From Longimicrobiales bacterium (GTDB lineage Bacteria; Gemmatimonadota; Gemmatimonadetes; Longimicrobiales; Gaopeijiaceae): DNA of 64,000 nt. Under the pieces are notes generated by a model. The model was not told the DNA's origin and did not search any database. It was given only the letters and a program-made list of their open reading frames with translations. The stretch lies in assembly GCA_965202985.1 (NCBI GenBank), contig CBDBCF010000001.1:480001-544000 (forward strand), given 5' to 3'. The translations under genes were made by a program, and so were the position numbers. Positions 1 to 13,916 of this stretch are shown one piece after another (positions within the stretch are counted from its first letter, which is position 1; the number at the start of each line of letters is the position of its first letter).

Positions 1-568
1 TGGTCGCGGCGGTCCAGGGCTCCGGGCCGGTGTGGAGTACGCGGGCGAGTACGAGGGGAACGGAACCGTCCGAGTCCAGCATCTTCGGGTTGGCGCGCAG
101 CATCTCGATCGTCCCGGTGGCGTAGCCCGGGGTGCGCAGCGCCATGTCGGGGTCGTGGGAGGACTGGAACTCGACGAGGAAGACGACCGAGGCGCTGCTG
201 TCCTTGAACCAGACCCTCACCGCGAGGTCGGCCAGCCTGCGCTCGAGGCCCCGGGAGATCGTCTCGGTGGGTACGAGTTCGGCGGTGTCGAGGTCGAGGA
301 TGTCGTGGCCGCCGACGGCGAGGAAGTCTCGGATCAGGGACTTGATGGCCACATCGTGCGCGAAGAGGGCCTTGTAGGTCTGGTCGTGGGGACGGTGCTC
401 GCGCCGGTGGGGATCGCCGTCGGGCGGGTCCGGGGCATTGTTGGGCAGGTGCGGGGCCTCGTCGGGCAGGTCCGGAGCATCGTCGGGGGCGGCCGTGTCG
501 TCGGGAGAGCGGGCAGAGTCGTGGGCGACGGGGGCGGGGAGTCGGGGATCATGGCGGGGTCGGTCCAT
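1..568 (-). CDS. Rpn family PD-(D/E)XK nuclease / putative transposase, 5' part (runs off window start; not in ORF track)
   Basis: Hand translation from ATG at 568 gives ...PHDQTYKALFAHD...LIRDFL...LDLDTAELV...RLADLAVRV...VVFLVEFQSSHDPDMALR...VLHTGPEPW, the Rpn/YhgA signature motifs. Confidence 0.85.
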   Translation of the reverse strand, partial: MDRPRHDPRLPAPVAHDSARSPDDTAAPDDAPDLPDEAPHLPNNAPDPPDGDPHRREHRPHDQTYKALFAHDVAIKSLIRDFLAVGGHDILDLDTAELVPTETISRGLERRLADLAVRVWFKDSSASVVFLVEFQSSHDPDMALRTPGYATGTIEMLRANPKMLDSDGSVPLVLARVLHTGPEPWTAAT

Positions 569-768
569 GGGGACGCGCGGCCTTTCTCGAGCGGGTCTCG
601 TGCCGCCTCTCGGGGCGGATACCCAAACGATGGGGCCGAAATCGGGGCGTTTGGATAGCTGTTTGAGCCCGACTTGCAGCGCCTGACCCGCGGATTCGGC
701 GCCAAGCCCTTGCGGAGCAAAGAATTCGCCCGTCCTGGGCGGCCGAACTTCGGGCTACAACGGCAGCG

Positions 769-3453
<2,685 letters not shown>

Positions 3454-3457
<4 letters not shown>

Positions 3458-4434
3458 GGGCGGGCGAAGTGGTCGTGGCCGCCGGGGCCTTCCACGCGGC
3501 GACGCCCTTCCGGGCTTTCCCGGACCACGCCTTGGCCGCGCTCGACGGTTCCGATTCTGGTCAGGGACACGGACAACTCCTTGCCGAGGGCCTTCAAGCG
3601 GCCCTCCGCGCCAGATTCTGCCGTAAACATCAGTTCATAATCTTCGCCCCCTTCAAGGGCAAAGTTCAAGGGCCGGGCCGCATCGGGACCGGTGGCCGGG
3701 CCGGTGGAGCCGGGTTCGAGGTGGACGCAGGGATCAACGGGCACCCGGTCGTCCCGGACGACCATGGCCACGCCCGAGGCTTCGGCCAGTCGGCGGGCGT
3801 CAGCCAAGAGGCCGTCGGAGACGTCGATCATGGAGCGGGCAATGTCGCGGGCCGCCAACGCCCTGCCCAGGGGCACCCGGTCGGGAGGCGCGGCGAACCG
3901 GCTTCTGGCCGCGGCTGGAGGCTCGCGACCGGCGGACCAGCCTGCCACCGCCGCCGCCGCGGCGCCCAATTCGCCCGACACCCAGAGATCGTACCCCGGT
4001 TCGGCGCCGCTTCTGCGCACCAAGCCGTGGGGCGCCCTGCCCAGCGCGACCACGTCGATCGCCACCGGCCCCGGCGACCGGCTTACGTCGCCCCCGGCGA
4101 TGGGAACCGACACTCGGTCGGCCGCCCGACGCGCTCCTTGCTGCAGCTCTTCGGCCAAGTCCGGGTCGGGCGGCACGGCCAGCGAGACCAAGAGCGCCAT
4201 CGGCCGGGCGCCCATGGCGGCCATGTCGCTCAAAGCCGCGGCGGCGGCGCGGAACCCCACCTCGCGAGCGGCCATCCAGTCGAACCTGAAGTGCACCCCT
4301 TCAACCGACAGGTCGGTCGAGGCCACCAAGCCGCCCCGCAGCACGGCCGCGTCGTCTCCGGGACCCAGCAGCACGTCCCGGCTGCCCTTCCAGCCGGCGG
4401 CAACCAAACGAGCCACCAGGGCCGTCTCGTCCAC
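3454..4434 (-). CDS. thiL: Thiamine-monophosphate kinase
   Basis: GPGDDAAV, D-x3-EGVHF, LSDMAAMGA, IDVSDGLLAD, GGEDYELMFT. Confidence 0.97.
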
Positions 4435-4465
4435 AAGTCGTCTCCCGAGCGCCGCCCCGGCCGGC

Positions 4466-6184
4466 CTAGCGGGGCGCGTCCTGGTCGAAGACGACGAAGG
4501 GAAACGGCAGCGTCGCGCGCCCGTTGCCCCGCTGGGCCAGGGCGGCGGGAACCGCCTCGATCACGTCCGACGGCACCAGCGAAGGTCCCAGCCCGCAAGC
4601 CGCCGCCGCCCGCCCGGTCACGTCCAGAGCCAAGCCCGCCGCGCAGAACGGCTCCACGCTCTGGGCCAGGAAGGCACCCACGGCGCCCGCAAGCACATCG
4701 CCCATGCCCGCCACGGCCAGGTCGGACGTGTCCTGCGCGGTCGCCACCAGCAGTCTGCCGCCCGGCTCGACCACCAGCGACGGCGCGCCCTTCAGCAGCA
4801 CCACGACCCCACGTGCTTCGGCCAAGCCGCGGGCGGCGGCCACCCGGTCCCGCTGGACCTGGGCCGTGGAGCAGCCGAGCAGGCGGGCCATTTCTCCGGG
4901 ATGAGGGGTCGCCACGACTGGACCGGCCCCGATCACGTCCCCCACCCTGATCGCGCCACCGGCCGCGTCGCGCGACAGCAGGGTCAGGGCGTCGGCGTCC
5001 AGCACGGCGGGCCTGCCCGCCCGGACCGCCAGCGCCCGCTCCAGCCTCCGGGCCGCGTCCGCGTTCGTTCCCAAGCCGGGCCCCACGACCAAGGCGCGAC
5101 TGGCCTCGATCGCGGCCTCCAGGGAATGGCCGGGGGCACTGGGGATGCCGTCGGCCTCCAGGGAACGCCCGGAAGTGCTTGGGACGCCATCGGCCTCGAT
5201 GAAACGCCCGGGCAAGTTCGCGTCGCGGGCCTCCGGCGTGTCCGCGACGAAGACGACCTCCGGCACGGTGGCCACCACGCCCGCCACGTCGGCGGGGCCG
5301 CACACGCGCACCAACCCGGCGCCGCACCGAAACGCCGACCGGGCCGCCAGCGCCGCCGCGCCCGCCATCGCCGGACCCGCCACGACCGCCAGCGTCCCGA
5401 CTTCGTTCTTGTGGGTGGCGGCCGAACGGCGGGGCAGCGTCTGCGACGCCCACCCCGGCGTGGCCAGCTCGGCCCAGCCGTCGCTCCACGGCGCGCGCGG
5501 CGGGAAGCCGATCTCCACCGCAACGAGCCGCCCGCACCGAGTGCGCCCCGGATGCAACAGGGTCCCCAGCTTCGGCCAACCGAACGCCACCGTCGCATCG
5601 GCCTGGACGGCGGCGCCTGGGATCGTGCCGTGCGTGCCGTCCACCCCCGAGGGCGCGTCCAGGGCCACGACGGCCCCCGGCGTGCGGTTGGCCGCCTCGA
5701 TCGCCGCCTGGTGCGCCGGCCGGGGCGCGCCCTTGATCCCGGTGCCGAGCAGGCCGTCCACCACGACTGCGGCTCCGGTCAGCCGTCGCTCCAATCTCCG
5801 CGCCGCGCCGGCCCGACCCGTGTCGAACACCGTCGTCGGCAACTCCCATCCGTGCGACACCGGGTCGGGGCTGGGCCGCTTCCCAACCACGACCGCTGAA
5901 ACGGGCCTGCCCCACGCCGCCAGTGCGCGAAGGCACACCAGGGCGTCGCCGCCGTTGTTGCCGGCTCCGACCAGCGCCACGACCTCGCCCTGGGGAAACA
6001 GATGTTCCACGATCAACGCGGCCTGCCGTCCCGCGTTCTCCATCAGCGCCGGCTCGGGCACGCCCCGGTCCTCGATCGACCGTTGGTCGTACCGGGCCGC
6101 TTGGCACGCGGTCGGCGCTCCGACCACCGGCTTGCCGAACGGCCGCTGCTCGACGCTGGAGGCCGCGGCCACGGGCGGCCTCAA
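4466..6184 (-). CDS. nnr: Bifunctional NAD(P)H-hydrate epimerase/dehydratase
   Basis: LMENAG, GAGNNGGDAL, DGLLGTG, DAPSG, GPGLG, VLDADAL, TPHPGEMARL, LLKG, AGMGDVLAG; exact start uncertain. Confidence 0.96.
   Translation of the reverse strand: MRPPVAAASSVEQRPFGKPVVGAPTACQAARYDQRSIEDRGVPEPALMENAGRQAALIVEHLFPQGEVVALVGAGNNGGDALVCLRALAAWGRPVSAVVVGKRPSPDPVSHGWELPTTVFDTGRAGAARRLERRLTGAAVVVDGLLGTGIKGAPRPAHQAAIEAANRTPGAVVALDAPSGVDGTHGTIPGAAVQADATVAFGWPKLGTLLHPGRTRCGRLVAVEIGFPPRAPWSDGWAELATPGWASQTLPRRSAATHKNEVGTLAVVAGPAMAGAAALAARSAFRCGAGLVRVCGPADVAGVVATVPEVVFVADTPEARDANLPGRFIEADGVPSTSGRSLEADGIPSAPGHSLEAAIEASRALVVGPGLGTNADAARRLERALAVRAGRPAVLDADALTLLSRDAAGGAIRVGDVIGAGPVVATPHPGEMARLLGCSTAQVQRDRVAAARGLAEARGVVVLLKGAPSLVVEPGGRLLVATAQDTSDLAVAGMGDVLAGAVGAFLAQSVEPFCAAGLALDVTGRAAAACGLGPSLVPSDVIEAVPAALAQRGNGRATLPFPFVVFDQDAPR
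5110..5215. repeat. 39-bp in-frame tandem repeat (~2.5 copies) inside nnr
   Basis: Encodes GRFIEADGVPSTS-GRSLEADGIPSAP-GHSLEA. Confidence 0.8.
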
Positions 6185-6191
6185 CTCCAGG

Positions 6192-6395
6192 CTACTTGTA
6201 GCTCTGCCCGATCGAGCGGCCGAACGTGATCTCGCCGTTGTCTATGCGGATGTTGAAGCCGCACTCGGGGTTCGAGCAGACCCACGCCTTGTAGCGGATC
6301 GGGGCGCCCTCCCGTCCATAGTCGGACAGGGGCAGCAAGAGTCCTTCGTCGCACTTCATGCACTTGGCAAAGCCGGTGTCGGACACAGTGTTCAT
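6192..6395 (-). CDS. Small zinc-ribbon-like conserved hypothetical protein (67 aa)
   Basis: CMKC...CSNPEC; lies within the minus-strand gene run. Confidence 0.75.
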   Translation of the reverse strand: MNTVSDTGFAKCMKCDEGLLLPLSDYGREGAPIRYKAWVCSNPECGFNIRIDNGEITFGRSIGQSYK

Positions 6396-6489
6396 CAGCT
6401 CATCGTGGCACGGAACGCTTCTCGGGGGCGCAAAGTAAACGGAAACGGCGAACCGCGCCACTGCCGGCGCAAGCTGGTCGAATCGCGCG

Positions 6490-6870
6490 CTAGGAGGGAG
6501 CCGACCACGGGTAGTTCTGGTCGAAGGCGTCCTCGAAGTCGAAGAGACCGCGAAAGTCCTCCGGTCGGTCGTCGTCCTGCTTGACCAGCACGCCGATCTC
6601 CACCAGCGCGAAGACGATCTCGCCGAAGTCGTCGGTGGAGTGCACGCCCCAGTGCTCCAAGACCGCGCGCGCCATCGGGCCGAAGCGCTGAATCGCCAGC
6701 CCGCGCGCGCCCTCCGCCAGCTCGCGACCCGAGATGTGGCGCTTCTTGCCCAGCCCGTCGATGACGGAGTGCAGCGCGTCCAGCACGAACCCGTAGGCGT
6801 GGCGATGGAAGCGCGGGTGCCGCTCCTGCAGGGCGGCCAGCGTTCTTTCGGCAGATGCTGCGTCGTTCAT
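6490..6870 (-). CDS. Minf_1886-like conserved protein (family typical of Planctomycetes/Verrucomicrobia)
   Basis: AYGFVLDAL...HISGREL...FGPMARAVLEHWGVHSTDDFGEIVFALVE...DF. Confidence 0.8.
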   Translation of the reverse strand: MNDAASAERTLAALQERHPRFHRHAYGFVLDALHSVIDGLGKKRHISGRELAEGARGLAIQRFGPMARAVLEHWGVHSTDDFGEIVFALVEIGVLVKQDDDRPEDFRGLFDFEDAFDQNYPWSAPS

Positions 6871-6876
6871 GGCGTC

Positions 6877-8148
6877 TCAATCTTGCGCGCCGGTTCCCAT
6901 GCCGCCAGTTCCCGGCGCAAACAAGGGGAACGACTTGCACAACTCTGCCGCTTCCGAGCGGACGCGGCCCACCGCGCCTTCGTCTCGTGGGTCCTCGATC
7001 ACGTCAGCGATCCAGCCGCCGGCCAGCCTCATCTGGTCCGGCCCCATGCCCCGCGTCGTCAACGCCGGCGTACCGATCCGAAGGCCCGACGTGACGAACG
7101 GCGACCGCGACTCGCCCGGCACCGTGTTCTTGTTGACCGTGATCCCGGCCCGCTCCAGCGCCTCTTCGGCGTCCTTTCCGGTCAGGTCCCGACCCGTCAG
7201 GTCGACCAGCAGCAGATGCGTGTCCGTGCCCCCCGACACCAGCCGCAGCCCTCGCTCCACCAGCGTCTCGGCCAGCACGCGGGCGTTCTCCACCACGCGC
7301 CGCCCGTACTCGCGGAACTCCGGCGACAGCGCCTCGCCCAGCGCCACGGCCTTGGACGCGATCACGTGCATCAACGGCCCGCCCTGCACGCAAGGGAACA
7401 CCATCTTGTCCACGACCTTGGCGTGCGCACGGCTGCACAGCACCAGCCCGCCCCGGGGACCGCGAAGCGTCTTGTGCGTCGTGGTGGTCACCACGTCGGC
7501 GTGGGGAACGGGACTGGGGTGCTGCCCGGCGGCCACCAGCCCGGCCACGTGCGCCATGTCCACCATCAGGACCGCGCCCGCCTCCCGCGCGATCTCTCCG
7601 AACGCGCCGAAGTCGATGATCCGGGGATACGCCGACGCCCCGGCCACAATCAGCTTGGGGCGACTTCGGCGCGCCGCGTCCCGCACCCGGTCGTAGTCGA
7701 TGCGGCCGTCGGCCTCGTTCACTCCGTACGCGGTCACGTCGAAGAAGCGCCCGCTGAAGTTGACGGGCGAGCCGTGCGTCAGATGTCCGCCGTGGCTGAG
7801 GTCCATGCCCAGTACGCGGTGGCCCGGCTCCAGGAAGGCGAAGAACGCCGCCATGTTGGCTTGCGCGCCGGAGTGGGGCTGGACGTTGGCGTGGTCGGCG
7901 TCGAAGAGCTCGACCGCCCGCGAGCGCGCCAGGTCCTCCACTTCGTCTGCCCACTCGCAGCCGCCGTAGTAGCGCCGACCGGGCAGGCCCTCGGCGTACT
8001 TGTGCGTGAAGACAGTGCCCATGGCTTCGCGCACCGCCCGCGACACGAAGTTCTCGCTGGCGATCATCTCCAGGTTGCCCCGCTGGCGCTCCCCTTCGGC
8101 AACGGTGGCGGCGTGAACGCGCGGGTCCGCGCGGCGCAGGTTCTCCAT
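6877..8148 (-). CDS. glyA: Serine hydroxymethyltransferase
   Basis: [54 protein letters not shown]; start reassigned to MENLRRADP. Confidence 0.98.
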   Translation of the reverse strand: MENLRRADPRVHAATVAEGERQRGNLEMIASENFVSRAVREAMGTVFTHKYAEGLPGRRYYGGCEWADEVEDLARSRAVELFDADHANVQPHSGAQANMAAFFAFLEPGHRVLGMDLSHGGHLTHGSPVNFSGRFFDVTAYGVNEADGRIDYDRVRDAARRSRPKLIVAGASAYPRIIDFGAFGEIAREAGAVLMVDMAHVAGLVAAGQHPSPVPHADVVTTTTHKTLRGPRGGLVLCSRAHAKVVDKMVFPCVQGGPLMHVIASKAVALGEALSPEFREYGRRVVENARVLAETLVERGLRLVSGGTDTHLLLVDLTGRDLTGKDAEEALERAGITVNKNTVPGESRSPFVTSGLRIGTPALTTRGMGPDQMRLAGGWIADVIEDPRDEGAVGRVRSEAAELCKSFPLFAPGTGGMGTGAQD

Positions 8149-8165
8149 AGCTTGTCGGTCCCCGT

Positions 8166-9305
8166 TCAGGCGGCCCCGTTGGCGCGCCGGCCGCGCGCGG
8201 CCCTGGCTTCCTGCAGGCGCTCCAACGCCACCCGATCGGCGGCCTGGTTGGTTGGCACGTTCTCTTCGCGGGACAGGCGAAAGATGCGCAACAGGGATTC
8301 GTAGATGGCGGCCGCCTGCCGCTTGCCCCGCTCCGCGTTCCACCCCTTGAGCTCGCCGTAGACGTTGATCAGGCCGCCCGCGTTGATCACGTAGTCGGGG
8401 GCGTAGAGGATGCCCCTCTCGCGCACCATGGCGCCGTGGCGCCGACCGTGGGCCAGTTGGTTGTTCGCGGCGCCCGCCACGATCTTCGCTTTGAGCACGG
8501 GGAGCGTGTCGTCGTTGACGACGGCCCCCAGCGCGCACGGGGCGAAGACGTCCGCGTCCGCCGCGTAGATGGCGTCCGGCACCGCAGCGACGGTGCCCGG
8601 AAAGCGCGTTTCGGCCTCGCGAACTCGGGCGGGCCGAATGTCGGTGACCGTGAGCCGCGCCCCTTCCTCGGACAGGTAGCCGCACAGGTTCATGCCCACG
8701 TTCCCGAGTCCCTGCACGGCCACGCGGCGGCCGTCCAGGGCGTCGTCGCCCCACCGCTCCCTGGCGCACGCCTTGATCCCCACGTAGACGCCGTAGGCGG
8801 TCACGGGCGACGGGTCGCCGGATCGGTCCAGCAGCCCCGCCACGTGGTCGGTCTCCTTTCGGACGAACTCCATGTCGTGGACCGAGGTTCCCACGTCCTC
8901 CGCGGTGATGTAGCGGCCGCCCAGCGCCTCCACGGCGCGGCCGTGGGCTCGGAAGACGGCTTCGCGCTCGCGGGTCCGGTTGTCGCCGATGATCACGGCC
9001 TTGCCGCCGCCCAGGTCGACGCCGGTGATCGCCGCCTTGTAGGTCATGCCCCGGGACAGCCGCAGGGCGTCGATCAGCGCCTCTTCCTCGCTCCGGTAGT
9101 TCCAGAACCGGGTTCCTCCCAACGCCGGCCCCAACGTCGTGTCGTGCACGGCGACGATGCCGCGGTAGCCCGATTCGGGATCGCTCCAGAAGGACACCTG
9201 CTCGTGCCTGCGGCGATCGATCATGTCGAAGATGCCCGACCGCTCGAAGAGGCCCGCGCGCTGGTCCGGCGCTCCCGCTCCCGCGTGGCTGGTCATGACT
9301 GCCAT
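8166..9305 (-). CDS. Leucine (Glu/Leu/Phe/Val) dehydrogenase
   Basis: [61 protein letters not shown]. Confidence 0.95.
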   Translation of the reverse strand: MAVMTSHAGAGAPDQRAGLFERSGIFDMIDRRRHEQVSFWSDPESGYRGIVAVHDTTLGPALGGTRFWNYRSEEEALIDALRLSRGMTYKAAITGVDLGGGKAVIIGDNRTREREAVFRAHGRAVEALGGRYITAEDVGTSVHDMEFVRKETDHVAGLLDRSGDPSPVTAYGVYVGIKACARERWGDDALDGRRVAVQGLGNVGMNLCGYLSEEGARLTVTDIRPARVREAETRFPGTVAAVPDAIYAADADVFAPCALGAVVNDDTLPVLKAKIVAGAANNQLAHGRRHGAMVRERGILYAPDYVINAGGLINVYGELKGWNAERGKRQAAAIYESLLRIFRLSREENVPTNQAADRVALERLQEARAARGRRANGAA

Positions 9306-10492
9306 TGTCCTTGTTCTCCTTTGCGTGCGACGGAACGCCCGATCACCAGTCGCAGGATCTCGTTGGTTCCCTCGTAGATTTCGGTTCCCTTCGCGTCGCG
9401 CATCAGCTTCTCGACGGGAAACTCTCGCATGTATCCGTAGCCGCCGAACAGATGGACCGCTTGGTCGGTCACCCATGCGGCGGTCTCGCTGGCCGTCAGC
9501 TTGGCCATGGCGGGCCAATCGGAGCAACGTCCGCCCCGGGCGACGGCCGCCTCCCACCGCTGGGCCGCCTCCTGCACCAGCGCCCGCGAGGCCGCGATCC
9601 GCGTGGCCATGACGGCCAGCTTGCTCCGCACGGCCCCGAAGGCGGCCACGGGCTTGCCGAACTGCTGCCGCTCGCCCGTGTAGACCGCCGCGTGCTCGAA
9701 CGCCGCCTGGGCGATGCCGACGGCCTGCGCGGCGATCCCCAATCTGCCCACGTCCAGCGCGTCCAGGGCGTGGCTCAGGCCGCGCGCCCGGTGCCCCACC
9801 AGCCGGTCGGCGCCGACCCGCACGTCGTCCAGCTCCACGGCCACCGTCTCGGAGGCGCGCAGCCCCATCGTGCGTTCTCGCTTGCCGGGCCGATAGCCGG
9901 TGGCGCCGGTGTCCACCAGGAAGGCGCCTGCGGCCGGGCCGCGGCCGTTGGTCGGGGGGCTGTCGCCGTCGCTGCCGTCGTCGGTCCGGGCGAAGACGAA
10001 CACGGCGTCGGCCTTGGCGCCGTTGGTGACCCAGCGCTTGGCGCCCGACACCACCCAGGCGCCGCCGTCCTCTTGCCGGGCCAGGGCGGCCAGCGACGCC
10101 GGATCGCTCCCGGCGCCGGCCTCGGAGAGCGCGAACCCAGCGATCACGTCGCCCGACGCCAAGCGCGGCAGCCAGCGCGCCTTCTGCTCTTCGTCGCCGT
10201 GGGCCAGCAACAGGCGGGGCACGGGGCCGTTCTGGATCGCCACGGTCAGCGCCAGCGAGGCGTCGCCCCGAGCCAGCTCCTCCAAGACCACCAAGTAGGT
10301 GCCCGCGGTCAGCCCCAAGCCGCCGTAGCGCTCCGGCACGAGCATCCCCAAGAAGCCCAGTTCGGCCAGCTGGTCCAGCACCGAGCGGTCGAAGGCGCCG
10401 TCGCGGTCCCATTCGGCGGCGCGGGAACGGATCTCGCCGTCCGCGAACTCGCGGGCCAAGTCCCTGACCTCTCGCTGCTCGGCGGTCAGCAC
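9293..10492 (-). CDS. Acyl-CoA dehydrogenase
   Basis: [57 protein letters not shown]. Confidence 0.96.
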   Translation of the reverse strand: MLTAEQREVRDLAREFADGEIRSRAAEWDRDGAFDRSVLDQLAELGFLGMLVPERYGGLGLTAGTYLVVLEELARGDASLALTVAIQNGPVPRLLLAHGDEEQKARWLPRLASGDVIAGFALSEAGAGSDPASLAALARQEDGGAWVVSGAKRWVTNGAKADAVFVFARTDDGSDGDSPPTNGRGPAAGAFLVDTGATGYRPGKRERTMGLRASETVAVELDDVRVGADRLVGHRARGLSHALDALDVGRLGIAAQAVGIAQAAFEHAAVYTGERQQFGKPVAAFGAVRSKLAVMATRIAASRALVQEAAQRWEAAVARGGRCSDWPAMAKLTASETAAWVTDQAVHLFGGYGYMREFPVEKLMRDAKGTEIYEGTNEILRLVIGRSVARKGEQGQWQS

Positions 10493-11346
10493 GGATCGTA
10501 GCGGTGGAAGCCCCGGCCGGCCTTGCGCCCCAGCCAGCCCGCCGCCACGTACTGGCGCAACAGGGGGCACGGGCGGCAGCGGTCGTCGCCCAGCTCACGG
10601 TGCAGCACCTCCAAGATGTGGAGCACCGTGTCCAGGCCGATCAGGTCGGCCAGCGCCAGGGGACCCATGGGGTGGTTCATGCCCAGCGTCATCACTTGGT
10701 CGATGGCGCGTGCGTCGGCCACGCCTTCCATGAGGGCGAAGGCGGCCTCGTTCAGCATCGGCGCCAGGACGCGGTTCGACACGAAGCCGGGGAAGTCGCG
10801 CACCTCGACCGGCGTCTTGCCCAGGGCGCGCGACAGCTCCACGACCGCTTGGGCCGTGGCGTTGCTGGTGGCCAGGCCTCGGACGACCTCGACCAGCTGC
10901 ATGACCGGGACCGGGTTCATGAAGTGCATGCCGGCCACCTGCTCGGGCCGGTCGGTGCAGGCACCGATCGCCGTGATCGAGATCGACGACGTGTTGGACG
11001 CCAGGATCGCGTGGTCGGGGGCCAGCCGGTCCAGCGCCTCGAAGAGGGCGTGCTTGACCTCGGGCCGCTCGGGCACGGCCTCGATCACCAGGTCCGCTTT
11101 CGCCGCCGCGTCGTCCAGCGAAGGGGAGGGCGCGATCCGGGCCAGCGCCTCTTCGCGCTGCTCGGGGGAGATTCGGCCCTTGGAGGCTTGGCGCTGCAAG
11201 TTGCGGGCGATCGTGGCGACGGCCCGGTCCGGGGCGGCGGGGTCGGCGTCGAAGAGGGCGACTCGAAGGCCGGCCAGGGCGCAGACGTGTGCAATGCCGT
11301 TGCCCATGGTGCCCGCACCGACGACGGCCACCCGCTCGACGTTCAC
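10486..11346 (-). CDS. hbd: 3-hydroxybutyryl-CoA dehydrogenase
   Basis: VVGAGTMGNGIA, IEAVPE, LASNTSSISIT, GMHFMNPVPVM, PMGPLALADLIGLD. Confidence 0.95.
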   Translation of the reverse strand: MNVERVAVVGAGTMGNGIAHVCALAGLRVALFDADPAAPDRAVATIARNLQRQASKGRISPEQREEALARIAPSPSLDDAAAKADLVIEAVPERPEVKHALFEALDRLAPDHAILASNTSSISITAIGACTDRPEQVAGMHFMNPVPVMQLVEVVRGLATSNATAQAVVELSRALGKTPVEVRDFPGFVSNRVLAPMLNEAAFALMEGVADARAIDQVMTLGMNHPMGPLALADLIGLDTVLHILEVLHRELGDDRCRPCPLLRQYVAAGWLGRKAGRGFHRYDPC

Positions 11347-11987
11347 GCGTGGGGCCGCTCCTCGCGGTTGGGACCCGGCTCGCGGTTGCGACGCCCCCGG
11401 CGGTCCGGGCGCCCGCCCGCCAAGCGCGACAGGGGCCGCGCCGCCGCCAGCGCGATCCCCGCCTTGAGAACGGCCCCGACCAGGAACGGCGCCACCGCGA
11501 CCGCGAACAGCTGGCCCGACCCGACGACGCCGGTCACGGAGAGCCACGCGGCCCCCAGCGCGAAGATCGCCGCGGTGCCGACAAGGAGGCCAACCGCCGT
11601 GCGCAGGACCGCCCCTTCCCGTCCCGCGATCGATCCCGTCAGCGCCGCCGCCACGGGGAACGCCATCAGGTAGCCGCCGGTGGGGCCAAGGACCCACGGC
11701 AGGCCTGCGCCGCCCGCCGCAAAGACCGGCACGCCGACCACGCCTGCGCACAAGTACAGCAGCTGGGACGCGGCCCCGGCGGCGGGACCCAGCGTCACCC
11801 CGGCCAAGAGCACGAACAGGGTCTGAAGGGTCATGGGAACGGGCGTGAAGCCCAGCGGCACGGCCACGTAGGCCCCCGCCGCAGTCAGCGCGGCGAAGAG
11901 GACGACGGCCAGCGACACCGCCGCGGCTCGGCTCGGGGTCCCGGTCAACGCCAGCGGGCTGGCGGCTGCGGTCTGCGGTTCTCTCAT
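11343..11987 (-). CDS. bioY: Biotin transporter BioY
   Basis: PVPMTLQT, YLCAGVVGVPVFA, GPTGGYLMAF; hydrophobic protein. Confidence 0.93.
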   Translation of the reverse strand: MREPQTAAASPLALTGTPSRAAAVSLAVVLFAALTAAGAYVAVPLGFTPVPMTLQTLFVLLAGVTLGPAAGAASQLLYLCAGVVGVPVFAAGGAGLPWVLGPTGGYLMAFPVAAALTGSIAGREGAVLRTAVGLLVGTAAIFALGAAWLSVTGVVGSGQLFAVAVAPFLVGAVLKAGIALAAARPLSRLAGGRPDRRGRRNREPGPNREERPHA

Positions 11988-12056
11988 TCGCGGTCCTCGT
12001 TCGTGGCACCGTTCTCGTTCACCATAATCTCCGTCGCGCCCCCCCAAAGGCCGAAG

Positions 12057-13292
12057 TCACGCGCGCTCCACGCCCAGGGCCACGGCGTTGCCGCCGCCCA
12101 GGCAAAGCGTGGCCAGCCCTTTCGCTTCGTCGCGCTCCGCCATGGCCGCAAGCAGCGTGACCAGGATTCGCGCTCCCGACGCGCCGATCGGATGGCCCAG
12201 GGCCACGGCGCCGCCGTGAACGTTCACGCGGTCGAAGTCCATCTCCAACTCGCGCACGTCGGCCACCGCCTGGACGGCGAACGCCTCGTTGACCTCCGCC
12301 AGCCCGTAGTCGCCGATGGCGGTCCCTTCCCGGTCCATCAAGGTGCGCACGGCGCGGACGGGCGCGAAGAACAGGTCCCGGGGCTCGCCGCCCGCCGCCG
12401 CGTAGCCCGTGACGACCGCCAAGTACGGCAGACCGTGGGCCCGCGCGTACTCTTGGCTGGCCACCACCAGAGCCGCCGCCCCGTCGTTCAGGCCGGGCGC
12501 GTTGCCAGCGGTCACCACCAGCTCGTCCAGGCCCTCGGGGGCGTCCTTGGGGAACGCGGGATGCAACCGCCCCAGCGCCTCCAAGGAGGTGTCGCGCCGG
12601 GGACCTTCGTCCGCCTCCACGAGGACCGTGCCCCGACGGCCCTCGACGGCCACGGGCACGATCTCGGATCGGAACTTGTCCCCGTCCATGGCCGCCACGG
12701 CGCGCTGGTGGGAGCGAAGGGCGAAGGCGTCGGCGTCGGCCCGCGTCACGCCCGCCTTGGCCGCCGTGTACTCGGCGTGTCCGCCCATGTGGCACCCGTC
12801 GAACGAGCACCACAGCCCGTCGTGGACCAAGCCGTCCTGCAAGGCGCGGTCGCCGAACTTGACGCCGTCCCTCAGCCCCCGCAGGTAGTGCGGCACGTTG
12901 GACATCGACTCGAAGCCGCCGGCCACCACGAGACGCGCGTCCCCGGCGCGAACGGCCTGGGCGGCCAGCATGACGGCCTTGAGCCCGGAGCCGCAGACCT
13001 TGTTGACGGTCACGGCGGGCACGCCGGCCGGCACGCCTCCATGGACGGCAGCTTGGCGCGCCGGCGCCTGCCCCGCCCCGGCGCTCACCACGTTGCCCAA
13101 GATCACTTCGTCGATCTCGGAGCCAGGGACGCCGGCCCGATTCACCGCCTCGCGGACCGCGACGGCGCCCAGTCCAGGGCCGGAAACGGGGGCCAGCCCC
13201 CCCAGGAAGCGTCCAATCGGGGTGCGGACCCCGCTCAGGACCACGGGAGTCGTGGCCGGGTTCGCCAACGGCGGCTCCTTTGGCAACGTCAA
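12057..13292 (-). CDS. Acetyl-CoA C-acetyltransferase (thiolase)
   Basis: [41 protein letters not shown]. Confidence 0.97.
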   Translation of the reverse strand: MTLPKEPPLANPATTPVVLSGVRTPIGRFLGGLAPVSGPGLGAVAVREAVNRAGVPGSEIDEVILGNVVSAGAGQAPARQAAVHGGVPAGVPAVTVNKVCGSGLKAVMLAAQAVRAGDARLVVAGGFESMSNVPHYLRGLRDGVKFGDRALQDGLVHDGLWCSFDGCHMGGHAEYTAAKAGVTRADADAFALRSHQRAVAAMDGDKFRSEIVPVAVEGRRGTVLVEADEGPRRDTSLEALGRLHPAFPKDAPEGLDELVVTAGNAPGLNDGAAALVVASQEYARAHGLPYLAVVTGYAAAGGEPRDLFFAPVRAVRTLMDREGTAIGDYGLAEVNEAFAVQAVADVRELEMDFDRVNVHGGAVALGHPIGASGARILVTLLAAMAERDEAKGLATLCLGGGNAVALGVERA

Positions 13293-13358
13293 TGGGTTGG
13301 AGAAGCGAATCGGCGCCGGCGCAAACCGGCAGGGAACGCCAAATATAGCGCCCGAGGG

Positions 13359-13916
13359 CTACCCATGGGGCCGCCAGGCCTTCACGTGCGACGGGTCGGT
13401 TCGCAGGTACGGGCCGCCGATCAGGTCAACGCAGTCGGGCACGGCGGCGAAGATCGCGTCCAGGCACTCGCCGACGGCACCGGGAGAGCCGGGCAGGTTG
13501 ACGACGAGGGCCGAGCCGCGGACGCCGGCGGTTTGCCGGGACAGCACAGCCGTGGGGACGTGGGGGCGCGACACGGCCCGCATGGCTTCGCCCATGCCGG
13601 GGAGCTCCTTCTCAAGCACGGAGGCGGTGGCTTCGGGCGTGACGTCTCGGGGCGCGGGGCCGGTGCCGCCCGTGGTGATCACCAAGCAGCAGCCGATCTG
13701 GTCCACCAACTCCAGCAAGGCGGCGCGGACGGTCTCCACGTCGTCGGGCACCAAGCGCGCCTCCGCTTGCCAGGGGCTGGTCAGCACGCGGGACAAGTAG
13801 GCCTGGACCGCGGGGCCGCCCCGGTCTTCGTACTCGCCCCGGGACGCGCGGTCGGACACCGACACGATGCCGATCCGGGCCGGTGCGCCCTCGTCGTCGG
13901 GCCGGCGCGCGGTCAC
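13359..13916 (-). CDS. mog: Molybdopterin adenylyltransferase
   Basis: IGIVSVSDRASRGEYED-GGP, TTGGTGPAPRDVTPEAT, LSRQTAG, NLPG. Confidence 0.95.
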   Translation of the reverse strand: MTARRPDDEGAPARIGIVSVSDRASRGEYEDRGGPAVQAYLSRVLTSPWQAEARLVPDDVETVRAALLELVDQIGCCLVITTGGTGPAPRDVTPEATASVLEKELPGMGEAMRAVSRPHVPTAVLSRQTAGVRGSALVVNLPGSPGAVGECLDAIFAAVPDCVDLIGGPYLRTDPSHVKAWRPHG

